From positions 31,233 to 95,232 of the forward strand of contig JAGAFR010000051.1 of NCBI GenBank assembly GCA_017612555.1: 64,000 nt of DNA, in the 5' to 3' direction. The notes below the pieces were generated by a model that was not told where the DNA came from, did no database searches, and worked only from the letters and a program-made list of their open reading frames with translations. The stretch comes from Lachnospiraceae bacterium. GTDB lineage: Bacteria > Bacillota > Clostridia > Lachnospirales > Lachnospiraceae. Each line of letters starts with the position of its first letter. Position 1 is the first letter of the stretch. Position numbers and translations under genes: made by a program. This document shows positions 27,247-36,073 of this stretch, piece after piece.

Positions 27247-29798
27247 CAGCCCTGTTCCCTTTCCGTCATTTCCTGTACCGTTCTGATCTTCTCAGGCGGG
27301 ATATAATAAAACAGCATCGCCTCGAGGTCCTCCGGATGGATGGGCTTTGAGAGATAATCCCTGTATCCCATTGCGATATACTCTTCCCTGATGCCCTGTG
27401 AGACATTCGAAGTAAGAGAGATGACAGGCTTACCTTTACTTCTGTTGGCGGATAGCTTATTCATGTTCTCAAGTGTCTGCGGGCCGTCCATATCAGGCAT
27501 GAGATGATCGAGAAGTATCACATCATATTCATTTGCCTGTACAAGACGTAGCGCTTCTTCACCTGACACAGCCGTATCCACCTTGATCTTTGTCTTCTTC
27601 AGAAGGCTCTGTGCAACCTTCAGATTGACGGTCGAATCATCCACTACGAGTATGCGGGCATCTTCGGCTGTAAAGCTGATACGCTGCTTCCTGTCGATCG
27701 TCTTCTTGATCCAGTCTTTGAGTGCACCGACAGGTTTATCATCAACAACTTTCTGAATGATCTCAAATCCGAATACGGATCCTTTGCCGTATGTACTTTC
27801 CACATCAAGCCTGCTTCCCATCAATTCAAGAAGCTGCTTCGTGATCGACAGTCCCAGTCCGGTACCTTCTATCTTGCGGTTTCTCTTCTCATCAAAGCGT
27901 TCATATTCCTCAAAGAGACTGTTCATATCCTCAGCCCTGATGCCTATTCCGGTATCGGAAACGGATACCCTGAGTCTTACGGATCCGTCCGGATCATCCG
28001 GTTTCATGTCGGTCTTTGCAACAGACAGGGTGACTGTTCCGCTTTCGGTGTATTTGACTGCATTGGTAAGAAGATTTGTGACCACCTGCTTGATCCTCGT
28101 ATCGTCACCGAAGAGAACAGACGGGATCGACGGATCAATATCTAGCTTAACCGTCAGACCCTTATCATTTGCACGCAGTTTTACAACGTTGTACATATCC
28201 TTTATCGCAGATGTAAACTCATACTCTACAGGTACGATGCTCATCTTACCGGCTTCTATCTTGGAGAAGTCGAGGATATCATTGACTATGTTGAGCAGAT
28301 TGTTACCGGCCGAACGTATGCTGTCCGCATATTCAAGAGTTCCGTCTTCATGGCTTTCGCGGAGGATCATCTCATCCATTCCGATGATCGCATTTATAGG
28401 TGTTCGGATCTCGTGGGACATATGGGACAGGAACGCTGATTTTGCATTGTTGGCATCCCTTGCCTCTGCAGCCATGTCAACAAGTTCCGTTGTGATCTTA
28501 CTGAGAAAAACAGACATCCTGTCAGACAGTGACAGTGCGCGCCCGCGGCGAAGTCCTTCAACCGTCGGATGATCGTATTCCACGTCGATCGATGATCCGG
28601 ATCCTTCTTTGAGGCCTATCGCGAGATGTGCGCTGTTAAGAATACCGCCCCGTTTGTTATGGTAGAACAGTTCACACCCGCCGTGCATGAGTGCATGATC
28701 GGGACATACCTTTGAGAACTCGTCCCACTCGATATGAGCATCCTCTTTAAGGAAGTTGATACGGTTGCCGCAAAGAGTAAGGAACAGCGCTTCCGGTTTG
28801 AACTCCTCCATATTGTCGAGTGATACCCGGCTTGCGGACAGTACTTCATCGTGTGATGCAAAAGTAAACCTGAGCTTATCTTCAGGGTGAAGCGTCATCA
28901 TAAAGTAAAGCCGTCCGTCCTTGTCACAGTCGATGGGGATCATGCATATGCCTATGCCTTCACGCTCGACAATGAGCGGAAATTCACAGACATTGGTTAT
29001 CAGATAAGCATCAGGATACACTCCCAGATATTCCCTGTAAATATCAACCGCGGGGAGTGAGTTGATGGTATTGACCACAGTCTCTCCCCTTGATGCATTT
29101 TCACCGAGTTCGATCGACAGATTCCTTCCGATGGGATTCCATCCGAGTGCGTAATCGGCCCTGACCCTCAGATTCTCTCCGCCGAATACTACAGCCACAA
29201 ATCCGTCATATACGATATCTCCTCCGACTATGAACTCATCCCTTGCCATTCCGGGACCTACCTGTTCAACCTCAACCGTATTCTCCGTCTCTTCTACCGA
29301 AACCTTGGTGGGAAGTCCGCGTATGGTTGACGTTCCGAACAGAACAACATCTTCATGCCCTTCCATGGCACTTTCAATAAAACGCGTCGTATTGAGCTTC
29401 ATGTTGGAAACGAACAGCTCAACGGCCTTTGCGTTGCTGCAGCCGTCCAGATAACTCTTAAGTTTTGATGCCGCCTCATATTCACCGCCGGGTTCGCAGT
29501 ATGCGGTCACAACATCGATATACGCTTCCTGTGCCGCGATCAGATTCAGCAGTATACCGGTCCCTTCAGGCATCAGTTCGGCGATGATCGTGATGGCTAT
29601 CCCGGCAACTTTCAGTTCCGGATGTCCGAGATCATTTATCCGCTTAAGCAAAGCCTCGACATCCCCTGTAGAAAGACCGGCTTCATAAAACGTGATAACG
29701 GCAGATCTGTGCTCTGTCTTTGACAACAGTTCACCGATCGCGTCGATCGCGCTGTTTGCCTCACTTATGGTTTTGCAAAGGTATTTCTTTTGAATCAT
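27246..29798 (-). CDS. Cytoplasmic hybrid sensor histidine kinase: FIST-like N-terminal sensor, HisKA, HATPase, receiver
   Basis: 850 aa with no obvious TM segment. The ~420 aa N-terminal region resembles FIST_N/FIST_C. H-box SAFLSHMSHEIRTPINAI, N/G boxes (NLLTNAVKYT, DTGIGI, GTGLGLSI). C-terminal REC: ILVVDDSTVNL...DVILLDHLMPDMDG...SLTS. Confidence 0.8.
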   Translation of the reverse strand: MIQKKYLCKTISEANSAIDAIGELLSKTEHRSAVITFYEAGLSTGDVEALLKRINDLGHPELKVAGIAITIIAELMPEGTGILLNLIAAQEAYIDVVTAYCEPGGEYEAASKLKSYLDGCSNAKAVELFVSNMKLNTTRFIESAMEGHEDVVLFGTSTIRGLPTKVSVEETENTVEVEQVGPGMARDEFIVGGDIVYDGFVAVVFGGENLRVRADYALGWNPIGRNLSIELGENASRGETVVNTINSLPAVDIYREYLGVYPDAYLITNVCEFPLIVEREGIGICMIPIDCDKDGRLYFMMTLHPEDKLRFTFASHDEVLSASRVSLDNMEEFKPEALFLTLCGNRINFLKEDAHIEWDEFSKVCPDHALMHGGCELFYHNKRGGILNSAHLAIGLKEGSGSSIDVEYDHPTVEGLRRGRALSLSDRMSVFLSKITTELVDMAAEARDANNAKSAFLSHMSHEIRTPINAIIGMDEMILRESHEDGTLEYADSIRSAGNNLLNIVNDILDFSKIEAGKMSIVPVEYEFTSAIKDMYNVVKLRANDKGLTVKLDIDPSIPSVLFGDDTRIKQVVTNLLTNAVKYTESGTVTLSVAKTDMKPDDPDGSVRLRVSVSDTGIGIRAEDMNSLFEEYERFDEKRNRKIEGTGLGLSITKQLLELMGSRLDVESTYGKGSVFGFEIIQKVVDDKPVGALKDWIKKTIDRKQRISFTAEDARILVVDDSTVNLKVAQSLLKKTKIKVDTAVSGEEALRLVQANEYDVILLDHLMPDMDGPQTLENMNKLSANRSKGKPVISLTSNVSQGIREEYIAMGYRDYLSKPIHPEDLEAMLFYYIPPEKIRTVQEMTEREQG

Positions 29799-29811
29799 AA
29801 TCTACACCTTC

Positions 29812-30507
29812 TTATTTAACCTTAAGACTGCGAAGAAACTCTTTATGTTCGGGTGTTACCCGGTTACTTTCGATACTTTTCTGTATCGCCTTGTTGTGCG
29901 TCCAGTCGTCGAGCTTTCTTTTTTCGATAAAAGGAACGACCGCATCATACTGCTTGGCAAGAGCGGTTGCGAAATACCAGGCGATCATCATGTTGATATA
30001 GTACTCTTCCGATCGAAGCTTTGCCACCATTTCAGGATACCTGATGTCAAAATCCTCATCGAGAAAATGCTCCATCAGCATCCCAACTCCAAAGCGAACC
30101 GTATATGTTTTATCCGATGCGATCCACTTTTCTATCGGTGCGATGATATCCTGTCTGTGCTTTTTGAATATCTTCGGTGACATCTGATCGCAAGTAGCCC
30201 AATTGTCCACAAACGGAAGGAACTTTTCAAGCTCCGTCATGCACAGCCCGTAATCCTTCATCGCGGAAATGATAAATGCATGGAGCTGATCCTCATCAAA
30301 GAACCTGTGGGGAACATCTGCAAGAAACAGTGAGATGTCTTCACGTTTTGCAAGCTCCTTTGCATATGCCCGAAGCTCCGGCGTCCTTACCCCGACAAAA
30401 TGATCTATCGGAACATTGGGTATGAGCTTTGCCTGAAACTCTCTGTATTCCTTGTCCGCAAGCGCAGACAGTTCTTTTTCGATCTCTTTTGTGATCGTCT
30501 TTGCCAT
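29812..30507 (-). CDS. DNA alkylation repair (AlkD-like HEAT-repeat) family protein
   Basis: Start trimmed to MAKTITKEIEKELSALADKEYREFQAKLIPN (a GTG at 30531 is an alternative). GVRTPELRAYAKEL and WATCDQ motifs are typical of the family. Confidence 0.7.
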   Translation of the reverse strand: MAKTITKEIEKELSALADKEYREFQAKLIPNVPIDHFVGVRTPELRAYAKELAKREDISLFLADVPHRFFDEDQLHAFIISAMKDYGLCMTELEKFLPFVDNWATCDQMSPKIFKKHRQDIIAPIEKWIASDKTYTVRFGVGMLMEHFLDEDFDIRYPEMVAKLRSEEYYINMMIAWYFATALAKQYDAVVPFIEKRKLDDWTHNKAIQKSIESNRVTPEHKEFLRSLKVK

Positions 30508-30523
30508 TGATCTTATCTCACAT

Positions 30524-31168
30524 TTAAGCACTATACGGTGCCTTCTTATCTATGCTTTCAAGATTGAGTACGTACTCCCGATCCCCCATCTTCTTATACC
30601 CGGTCTTTTCAAGAAAAGCCGTATGGTTGACCGGATCCTGACAGAATACGAGTGTTTTGTAGCCTTCTTCGGCAAGCCTCTTATACAGGAACCGTCCTGC
30701 CGATGTATCGCGATACGCCGGCGTTGCGTAATCAAGAACAGTCTCGATCCTGCCGGGCTGCGTTTCTTTTCCGAGGAACAGGCAGGCGGGGTCCGATCCG
30801 CAGCTGACGATATATGCTATATCCGCACTGACCCCTTCAAGTGAAACGTCGGGAAAGATGTGCCGTATATCCTCACCGCATTCAGACAGCATGTATGTAA
30901 AAAATCCGTCATTTTGACTGCTCTTTATCAGGTGGTAACTCTTCTTTTCATTGAACAGCTTCGTAAGCTGATATATGTTGATACCGGCAAGCGCTATGTT
31001 CATGATCGCCGTGGGATACGACCTGATCATAAGGGCATAACCCGCGAATATGACGCTTCCGATCAGATTGATCACGCGAAGCCTTACGACCGATGTCATG
31101 AGCATCGACACGAGAACAAGTGCCGAACCTGCATATCCTATCAGTTCTATTATCACCGCTTTATCCAT
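30524..31168 (-). CDS. Fusion of a 3-TM YgjV-like membrane module with a GNAT-like C-terminal domain
   Basis: 214 aa. Three N-terminal TM helices (IIELIGYAGSALVLVSMLM, LRVINLIGSVIFAGYALMI, PTAIMNIALAGINIYQL). A soluble C-terminus (YRDTSAGRFLYKRLAEEGYKTLVF) is reminiscent of the acetyltransferase fold. Confidence 0.5.
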   Translation of the reverse strand: MDKAVIIELIGYAGSALVLVSMLMTSVVRLRVINLIGSVIFAGYALMIRSYPTAIMNIALAGINIYQLTKLFNEKKSYHLIKSSQNDGFFTYMLSECGEDIRHIFPDVSLEGVSADIAYIVSCGSDPACLFLGKETQPGRIETVLDYATPAYRDTSAGRFLYKRLAEEGYKTLVFCQDPVNHTAFLEKTGYKKMGDREYVLNLESIDKKAPYSA

Positions 31169-33117
31169 TAAGCTGTTTCAACCTTCTCTTTCGGCAGATA
31201 CCTCATCAGCATCTTTTCAAGTGCATATCCTTCAACGGGCTTTGCCATGTAATCGGTAAACCCTTCCGCAAGATATCTTTCCCTTGCACCTACCACGGCA
31301 TCCGCAGTCAGGCATACGACCGGCGAGTCACTGCTCGCTCCGCCTTGTGTGGCACGTATCCTGTGAAATGCTTCGGTACCGTCCATCTCGGGCATCCGCT
31401 GATCCATCAGGATCAGATCGTACATCGTCTTTTCAGCCATCTGTATGGCATCGGCTCCGCTGGTGGCCTTGTCGAAAATGACCTGTGTATGCTTAAGAAG
31501 GTGCATCACGACCATGATATTGACCATCGTGTCATCGACAATAAGCACCCGCGCCGTAGGTGCCCGGAACAGACCGCCGGATATATCCTGCTTCGTCTCT
31601 TCGGCCGTATCGGATGAACTCTGTATTTCCGGTGCACTCTCCTTCTCGGGCTCAAGCTCGGCGATTGCGGTATCTTCCACCACTTTCTGTGATATCGTGA
31701 CCGTAAATATTGATCCGCGTCCGTATTCACTCTCTACGGAAACCGTTCCGTCCATCATATCAAGAAGGCGCTTTGTGATAACAAGACCCAGTCCAGTACC
31801 CTGAAGCGTACTGTTTCTTTCCATTTCCAGCCGTTCAAACTTTCCGAAGAGCCTGTCCCTGTCCTCGGCTTTTATACCGATACCCGTATCACTCACCACA
31901 AAAGACAAAAGAACCGTCCCCGTATCCTGCCTCCGGCCGGTGACCTTGAGGCTGACGCAGCCTTTCTCCGTATATTTGACGGCGTTATTGAGCAGATTGG
32001 TAAGCACCTGACGAACTCGGACGGCATCACCGCAAAGCTTGTCGGGAAGCGACCTGTCTATGTCCTCGATATACTCAAGATCCTTATCCTTTGCTTTGAT
32101 GCGTATCATGTTTCCGATCTCGCCAAGAAGGTTCCCGAGACTGTACGGAGCCTCCGACAGATCGATGCGTCCGGCTTCTATCTTGGAAAAATCAAGTATA
32201 TCATTAACAAGCGCCAGGAGATTATGTCCGGCGTTCTGAACGTCACCTGCGTATCCGAGAATGTTGTTCATCGATTCCTTCGCGGTCTTTGCATCGATGT
32301 TCTCAAGACCTTTTGATGCGCGGCTCTCACGCATTATCATCTCGTTCATTCCCAGCATCGCGTTGATGGGCGTCCTGATCTCATGAGACATATTTGCAAG
32401 AAAATCACTCTTTGCGATATTCGCACTCTCGGCCCTGACTTTCTCCTCAAACAGTTCCGTCTGCATCTTCATGAACGGCCTTACGGTTGAAAGTGACAGC
32501 GCCGCCGCTACAAGCAGCGATATAAGAAGAATGATAAGGTAACTTACAACCGTCGAACGCATCTGCGATGTCAGCTGACCGTCAAACCAGTCCGCGGAAA
32601 AATCCACCGCTATTATTCCGGCTACATTTCCTTTGGAATCAAATACGGGACTGTAGGCACTGTAGAACTCACCCCATTTATCCGTATAAGGCTCCTCGTC
32701 CACAGCCGATATTCCGTCTCCCGCCCGTGCAAGAGCTTCCGTATACTCTACACTGTCCCCGTATGCGGCCGGTGTTTCCTGATCCAGATCCATCGTGAAC
32801 ACGAACTGTCCGTCGGCCTCTTCCCTGATGCTGTATATGTACTCCAGCTCGACATTATCGCGAAAGACCGCGAGCCTTCTGTACAGATCGTTGTAGACAT
32901 CACTTCCGACATCATCCTTTGTAAGCGCCCCAAGCGCATCTCCGTCCAAGGAACCCGAAGCGCAGTTCGCTATATCCAGCATTCTCTGCTGGATGGCTTT
33001 ACGTATGCCTATCCTTGCCCTGTACACGGATATTGAACAGAACAGCATACTGGTGATCAGCAATATTGCCTCCACCATCAATATGACCTTGGAAGAAAGA
33101 TGGGTATTGTTTTTCAT
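31168..33117 (-). CDS. Membrane hybrid sensor histidine kinase: Cache-like extracellular domain, HisKA, HATPase, receiver
   Basis: 649 aa. TM1 VILMVEAILLITSMLF. Cache-like sensor (YIYSIREEADGQFVFTMDLD, WGEFYSAYSPVFDSKGNVAGIIAVDF). TM2, H-box SDFLANMSHEIRTPINAM, DTGIGI, GTGLGL. REC: VLIVDDTMVNI...DLILMDQRMPEMDG. The start overlaps the stop of the upstream peptidase gene (ATGA). Confidence 0.85.
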   Translation of the reverse strand: MKNNTHLSSKVILMVEAILLITSMLFCSISVYRARIGIRKAIQQRMLDIANCASGSLDGDALGALTKDDVGSDVYNDLYRRLAVFRDNVELEYIYSIREEADGQFVFTMDLDQETPAAYGDSVEYTEALARAGDGISAVDEEPYTDKWGEFYSAYSPVFDSKGNVAGIIAVDFSADWFDGQLTSQMRSTVVSYLIILLISLLVAAALSLSTVRPFMKMQTELFEEKVRAESANIAKSDFLANMSHEIRTPINAMLGMNEMIMRESRASKGLENIDAKTAKESMNNILGYAGDVQNAGHNLLALVNDILDFSKIEAGRIDLSEAPYSLGNLLGEIGNMIRIKAKDKDLEYIEDIDRSLPDKLCGDAVRVRQVLTNLLNNAVKYTEKGCVSLKVTGRRQDTGTVLLSFVVSDTGIGIKAEDRDRLFGKFERLEMERNSTLQGTGLGLVITKRLLDMMDGTVSVESEYGRGSIFTVTISQKVVEDTAIAELEPEKESAPEIQSSSDTAEETKQDISGGLFRAPTARVLIVDDTMVNIMVVMHLLKHTQVIFDKATSGADAIQMAEKTMYDLILMDQRMPEMDGTEAFHRIRATQGGASSDSPVVCLTADAVVGARERYLAEGFTDYMAKPVEGYALEKMLMRYLPKEKVETA

Positions 33118-35993
33118 TTTACGTAAAGTTCACACGTAGCTGTATTATATCCGCTGTTTTCCTCGGAAGGCGTTGCCACGATCTCATAATGTCCCGGACT
33201 TGCCTCAGAGCTTACCGACACAACTCCGTTCGCGTTTATCGTTACACCCGGAACTTGGGGATCTATTTTCCAGGTTACATTCGGCTGATCCTGTTTTTTC
33301 TTGGGAACCGCGATAGATACAGCAGCGGTCTTTGCTTTTGCGCCCGGCTTCGGGATTGCCACCGTTACCGATGTCTGCTTCAGCAGCAAATACTCCTCCG
33401 GTGTATCGGCTGCCACATCGATCGAAGATGATACTTTGCCGGACTTTACGGTTATGGTTCCCTTTGCTCCGGGCTCCGTTGCAATGACATACCCGAACTT
33501 TGTTACTTTGATACCTTTTCCCTTAACACTGAAGGCAAGATCCTTTGGATCGGTATTCCCCACTGTGTCGGTGACCTTCAGCAGTTCGCCCTTACCGACG
33601 GCAAGTTTATCAGCTCTGTGCAGTTGGAGCTCCGCAATGGGCTTTTTGATGATCAACTTTGTGTAGGCCTTTGTTTCATTACCATCTGCATCTGCCAGCG
33701 ACCACTCGAGATATGTTGCTCCGGCGTCTTTCGGTATGATCTCAAATGTAGCTTTGGAACCGTTACTGCTGCATGACAGCTTGCGAAAACCGCATAATTC
33801 GGCTTTTTCTGCGATACAAGAGACTTTTCCGGCCCTGTCCCGCAGATTCGAAGGGATACTTACAACAGCCTTGCCGTTTGTTCCCACGTTAAGCGTAAGT
33901 GTTTTGGGTGCGGTTATCTGGCTTTTCTTCCCGCCTTCCGTTATCGGTACATTCTCGCGCACCGTCCCGTCAACAGTGATCTTATAGCTGAGAGTTGTCC
34001 CTTTGGATACCACCTTTACATCCGCATGTCCGGTTTTGCCTTTCGGGATATTTCCGGCGGTTACCACACCGTTTTTAACGCTCACGCAGTTTTTGGGTGA
34101 AGCGTTCTCAACGATCCACTTAAGTCCGTATAAGTACCGTCCCTCAATAACACTCAGTCTTCTGACTTCGCCCGGAATGAGTGTCAGCTCATTATTATCT
34201 GTAACGGTCACATGACATGCAGCCGTATATCCTCCGTCATTTGTTGTTACGGTGATGTCAGCCTCGCCTGCCTTGACAGGTACGATCACATCCATCCCTG
34301 ACATCTGCGTAACATATGCAACCGACTCATCCGAAGATGACCATGTCACCGTCTTATCACCGGCATATGAAGGCTTTACCGTATATAGTATCTGGGTATA
34401 CTGATTCACCTTTACACTCATATTGGGCAGAACAGATACTCCGGTAACCGGGGAGCACCAGTTGGTAAACGCCTTTATTCGGAAATCACCATATATACTT
34501 TCCCCCATTACCTCGTTGGCGGTTTTCCACGAATCACCGTCAAAGCAAAGACTACGTCTGCCCTCGGTATGCGCGGTTGTATCATATGACATACTCTTTA
34601 CTGTCTTTTCAGCCCCCATAGATATATCCTCGGGAACCGAGACCACAACCGAAAATGACTCACCGGGTTCCAATTTCACGGGTTCCGTCAGTTCTATCGT
34701 ATGTCCTCCCGAATAGTCCGTTTTGCCCTGTTGGGTAGTCATCGCACGGATTCCGCTCTCCGGCTCTCCCGGGGATACTCCGGTATAAACATCTATCTTG
34801 TAATCAACGTTTGCATCGAAGGTCATAAAGTAAACAGCAGTCAGCATTTGTGGAGCGTCAGATGATGTTGTGAAAATATTTGCAAACTTCTGCTGACCGG
34901 ATATGAGTCCCGATTGTATACTTCCGTCATACTGATAGTTGTGAACATATTTATCGGCGCTTTCCATATCAAACGCATAGCAGCGCAGCAGCGACTTATC
35001 ATAATAGGATATCCAGAAATAAGAATTCCGCTCAGGTTCATCGCCTATAAGCTGTCCATTCGACGCAACGTAATTACCGGCCTCCCAGCTGTTCCTTATC
35101 AGCCATGCCCCGTCACCTTCCGGCTTTTCGCTGTATGCAAACTTATCCCTTGAAAAATCATCATCCCATCCAACGATCGAAATAAGATGATTAAGGCCAC
35201 GCGCTTCGGGCAAATAGTAACAGTTGTTCTCCTTGCTGTATATATCTTTAAATTCAGGCTCCGATTCCGACACGTTAAAGTATCCACTTGCGACCGCCCC
35301 GTAGTCCTTGATAAGCTTCTTTACTCCCTCACGGTCATCATCGACTTCAGCATAATAAAAGCCCTTCAGGTGCATGACATCGTCTATGGCATTTTCACGT
35401 GCGGTCGAAAACTTTCGCAGACTTTCGTCATTGGCATACGGATAATCTTTCTCATCAGCCGTACCGATCCAGCTTGCAAGAAGCTGAGCCGCAGTCTCGG
35501 GATTGCCGCCGCTTCCAAGATAGTCATCATCCGGTACTGCGTTAATGTCTCCTTCAAATCCTCCGATCGGATTATACGGTTCGTTATACTTTCCGTAAAA
35601 ATACGCAAGATGAAGTTCCGACAGATCGATCTTGTTATTTGCCGTACTGCCGTCACGGAGCTTTACTCCGTGCTTTACAGCAGACATCTCTGCAGCAGCC
35701 ATGGTAGCAAAAGCCCAGCATGTTCCATACGGGTCCTGACACCTTGAAGGTATCTTCGATGCTTCCGGAGAGATATAGAAACGTTCTGCGACTTCGAACA
35801 GCTCATCCGCAGACCGTCCCTTATTTACGCTTTCATACTTATCCTCGGTCGGAGATGGTGCGTATCCGGGTACGAACACAAATATAGGCTCCTCTTCCGG
35901 GGTCTCGTCGGCATATACCGGCACCCGAATAACAGATACGGTGAGTACCGCAACAAGTAAGGATGCTACTATTCGATGTAATTTCATTTTCAT
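33114..35993 (-). CDS. Secreted papain-like (C1) cysteine peptidase with Ig-like (Big_2-type) C-terminal domains, paralog 1
   Basis: 959 aa. Signal peptide MKMKLHRIVASLLVAVLTVSVIRVPVYA. Cys motif QDPYGTCWAF, His motif LNHLISIVGWDDDF, Asn motif WLIRNSWEAGNY. Big_2-like segment TWSSSDESVAYV...GEADITVTTNDGGYTAACHVTV. Confidence 0.8.
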   Translation of the reverse strand: MKMKLHRIVASLLVAVLTVSVIRVPVYADETPEEEPIFVFVPGYAPSPTEDKYESVNKGRSADELFEVAERFYISPEASKIPSRCQDPYGTCWAFATMAAAEMSAVKHGVKLRDGSTANNKIDLSELHLAYFYGKYNEPYNPIGGFEGDINAVPDDDYLGSGGNPETAAQLLASWIGTADEKDYPYANDESLRKFSTARENAIDDVMHLKGFYYAEVDDDREGVKKLIKDYGAVASGYFNVSESEPEFKDIYSKENNCYYLPEARGLNHLISIVGWDDDFSRDKFAYSEKPEGDGAWLIRNSWEAGNYVASNGQLIGDEPERNSYFWISYYDKSLLRCYAFDMESADKYVHNYQYDGSIQSGLISGQQKFANIFTTSSDAPQMLTAVYFMTFDANVDYKIDVYTGVSPGEPESGIRAMTTQQGKTDYSGGHTIELTEPVKLEPGESFSVVVSVPEDISMGAEKTVKSMSYDTTAHTEGRRSLCFDGDSWKTANEVMGESIYGDFRIKAFTNWCSPVTGVSVLPNMSVKVNQYTQILYTVKPSYAGDKTVTWSSSDESVAYVTQMSGMDVIVPVKAGEADITVTTNDGGYTAACHVTVTDNNELTLIPGEVRRLSVIEGRYLYGLKWIVENASPKNCVSVKNGVVTAGNIPKGKTGHADVKVVSKGTTLSYKITVDGTVRENVPITEGGKKSQITAPKTLTLNVGTNGKAVVSIPSNLRDRAGKVSCIAEKAELCGFRKLSCSSNGSKATFEIIPKDAGATYLEWSLADADGNETKAYTKLIIKKPIAELQLHRADKLAVGKGELLKVTDTVGNTDPKDLAFSVKGKGIKVTKFGYVIATEPGAKGTITVKSGKVSSSIDVAADTPEEYLLLKQTSVTVAIPKPGAKAKTAAVSIAVPKKKQDQPNVTWKIDPQVPGVTINANGVVSVSSEASPGHYEIVATPSEENSGYNTATCELYVK

Positions 35994-36035
35994 GAAAGCT
36001 TCCTTTCCGGTGAAGATACAAATCAGTTAAATTTT

Positions 36036-36064
36036 ATTATATCACACATACCGTTTGCCATGTG
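36036..36064 (-). promoter_or_regulatory. Possible internal promoter (extended -10) ahead of peptidase paralog 1
   Basis: This is the only long (80 nt) gap in the array. The minus strand has TGATATAAT (36044..36036, TGn + TATAAT) with a poor -35 (CACATG). A 6-bp hairpin GCCGTT...AACGGT lies just upstream. Confidence 0.35.
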
Positions 36065-36073
36065 AACGGCTGT

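Noticed and set aside
27757-28572. 271-aa plus-strand ORF antisense to the FIST hybrid kinase
   Set aside because: It is Ser/Leu/Pro-rich and low in complexity, with no RBS or promoter, and lies fully inside a well-supported gene. This is a typical shadow ORF. The same applies to 20839-21597, 2740-3348, 17361-17942, 36096-36614, 42814-43467, 57582-58256 and the many shorter antisense ORFs in the track.
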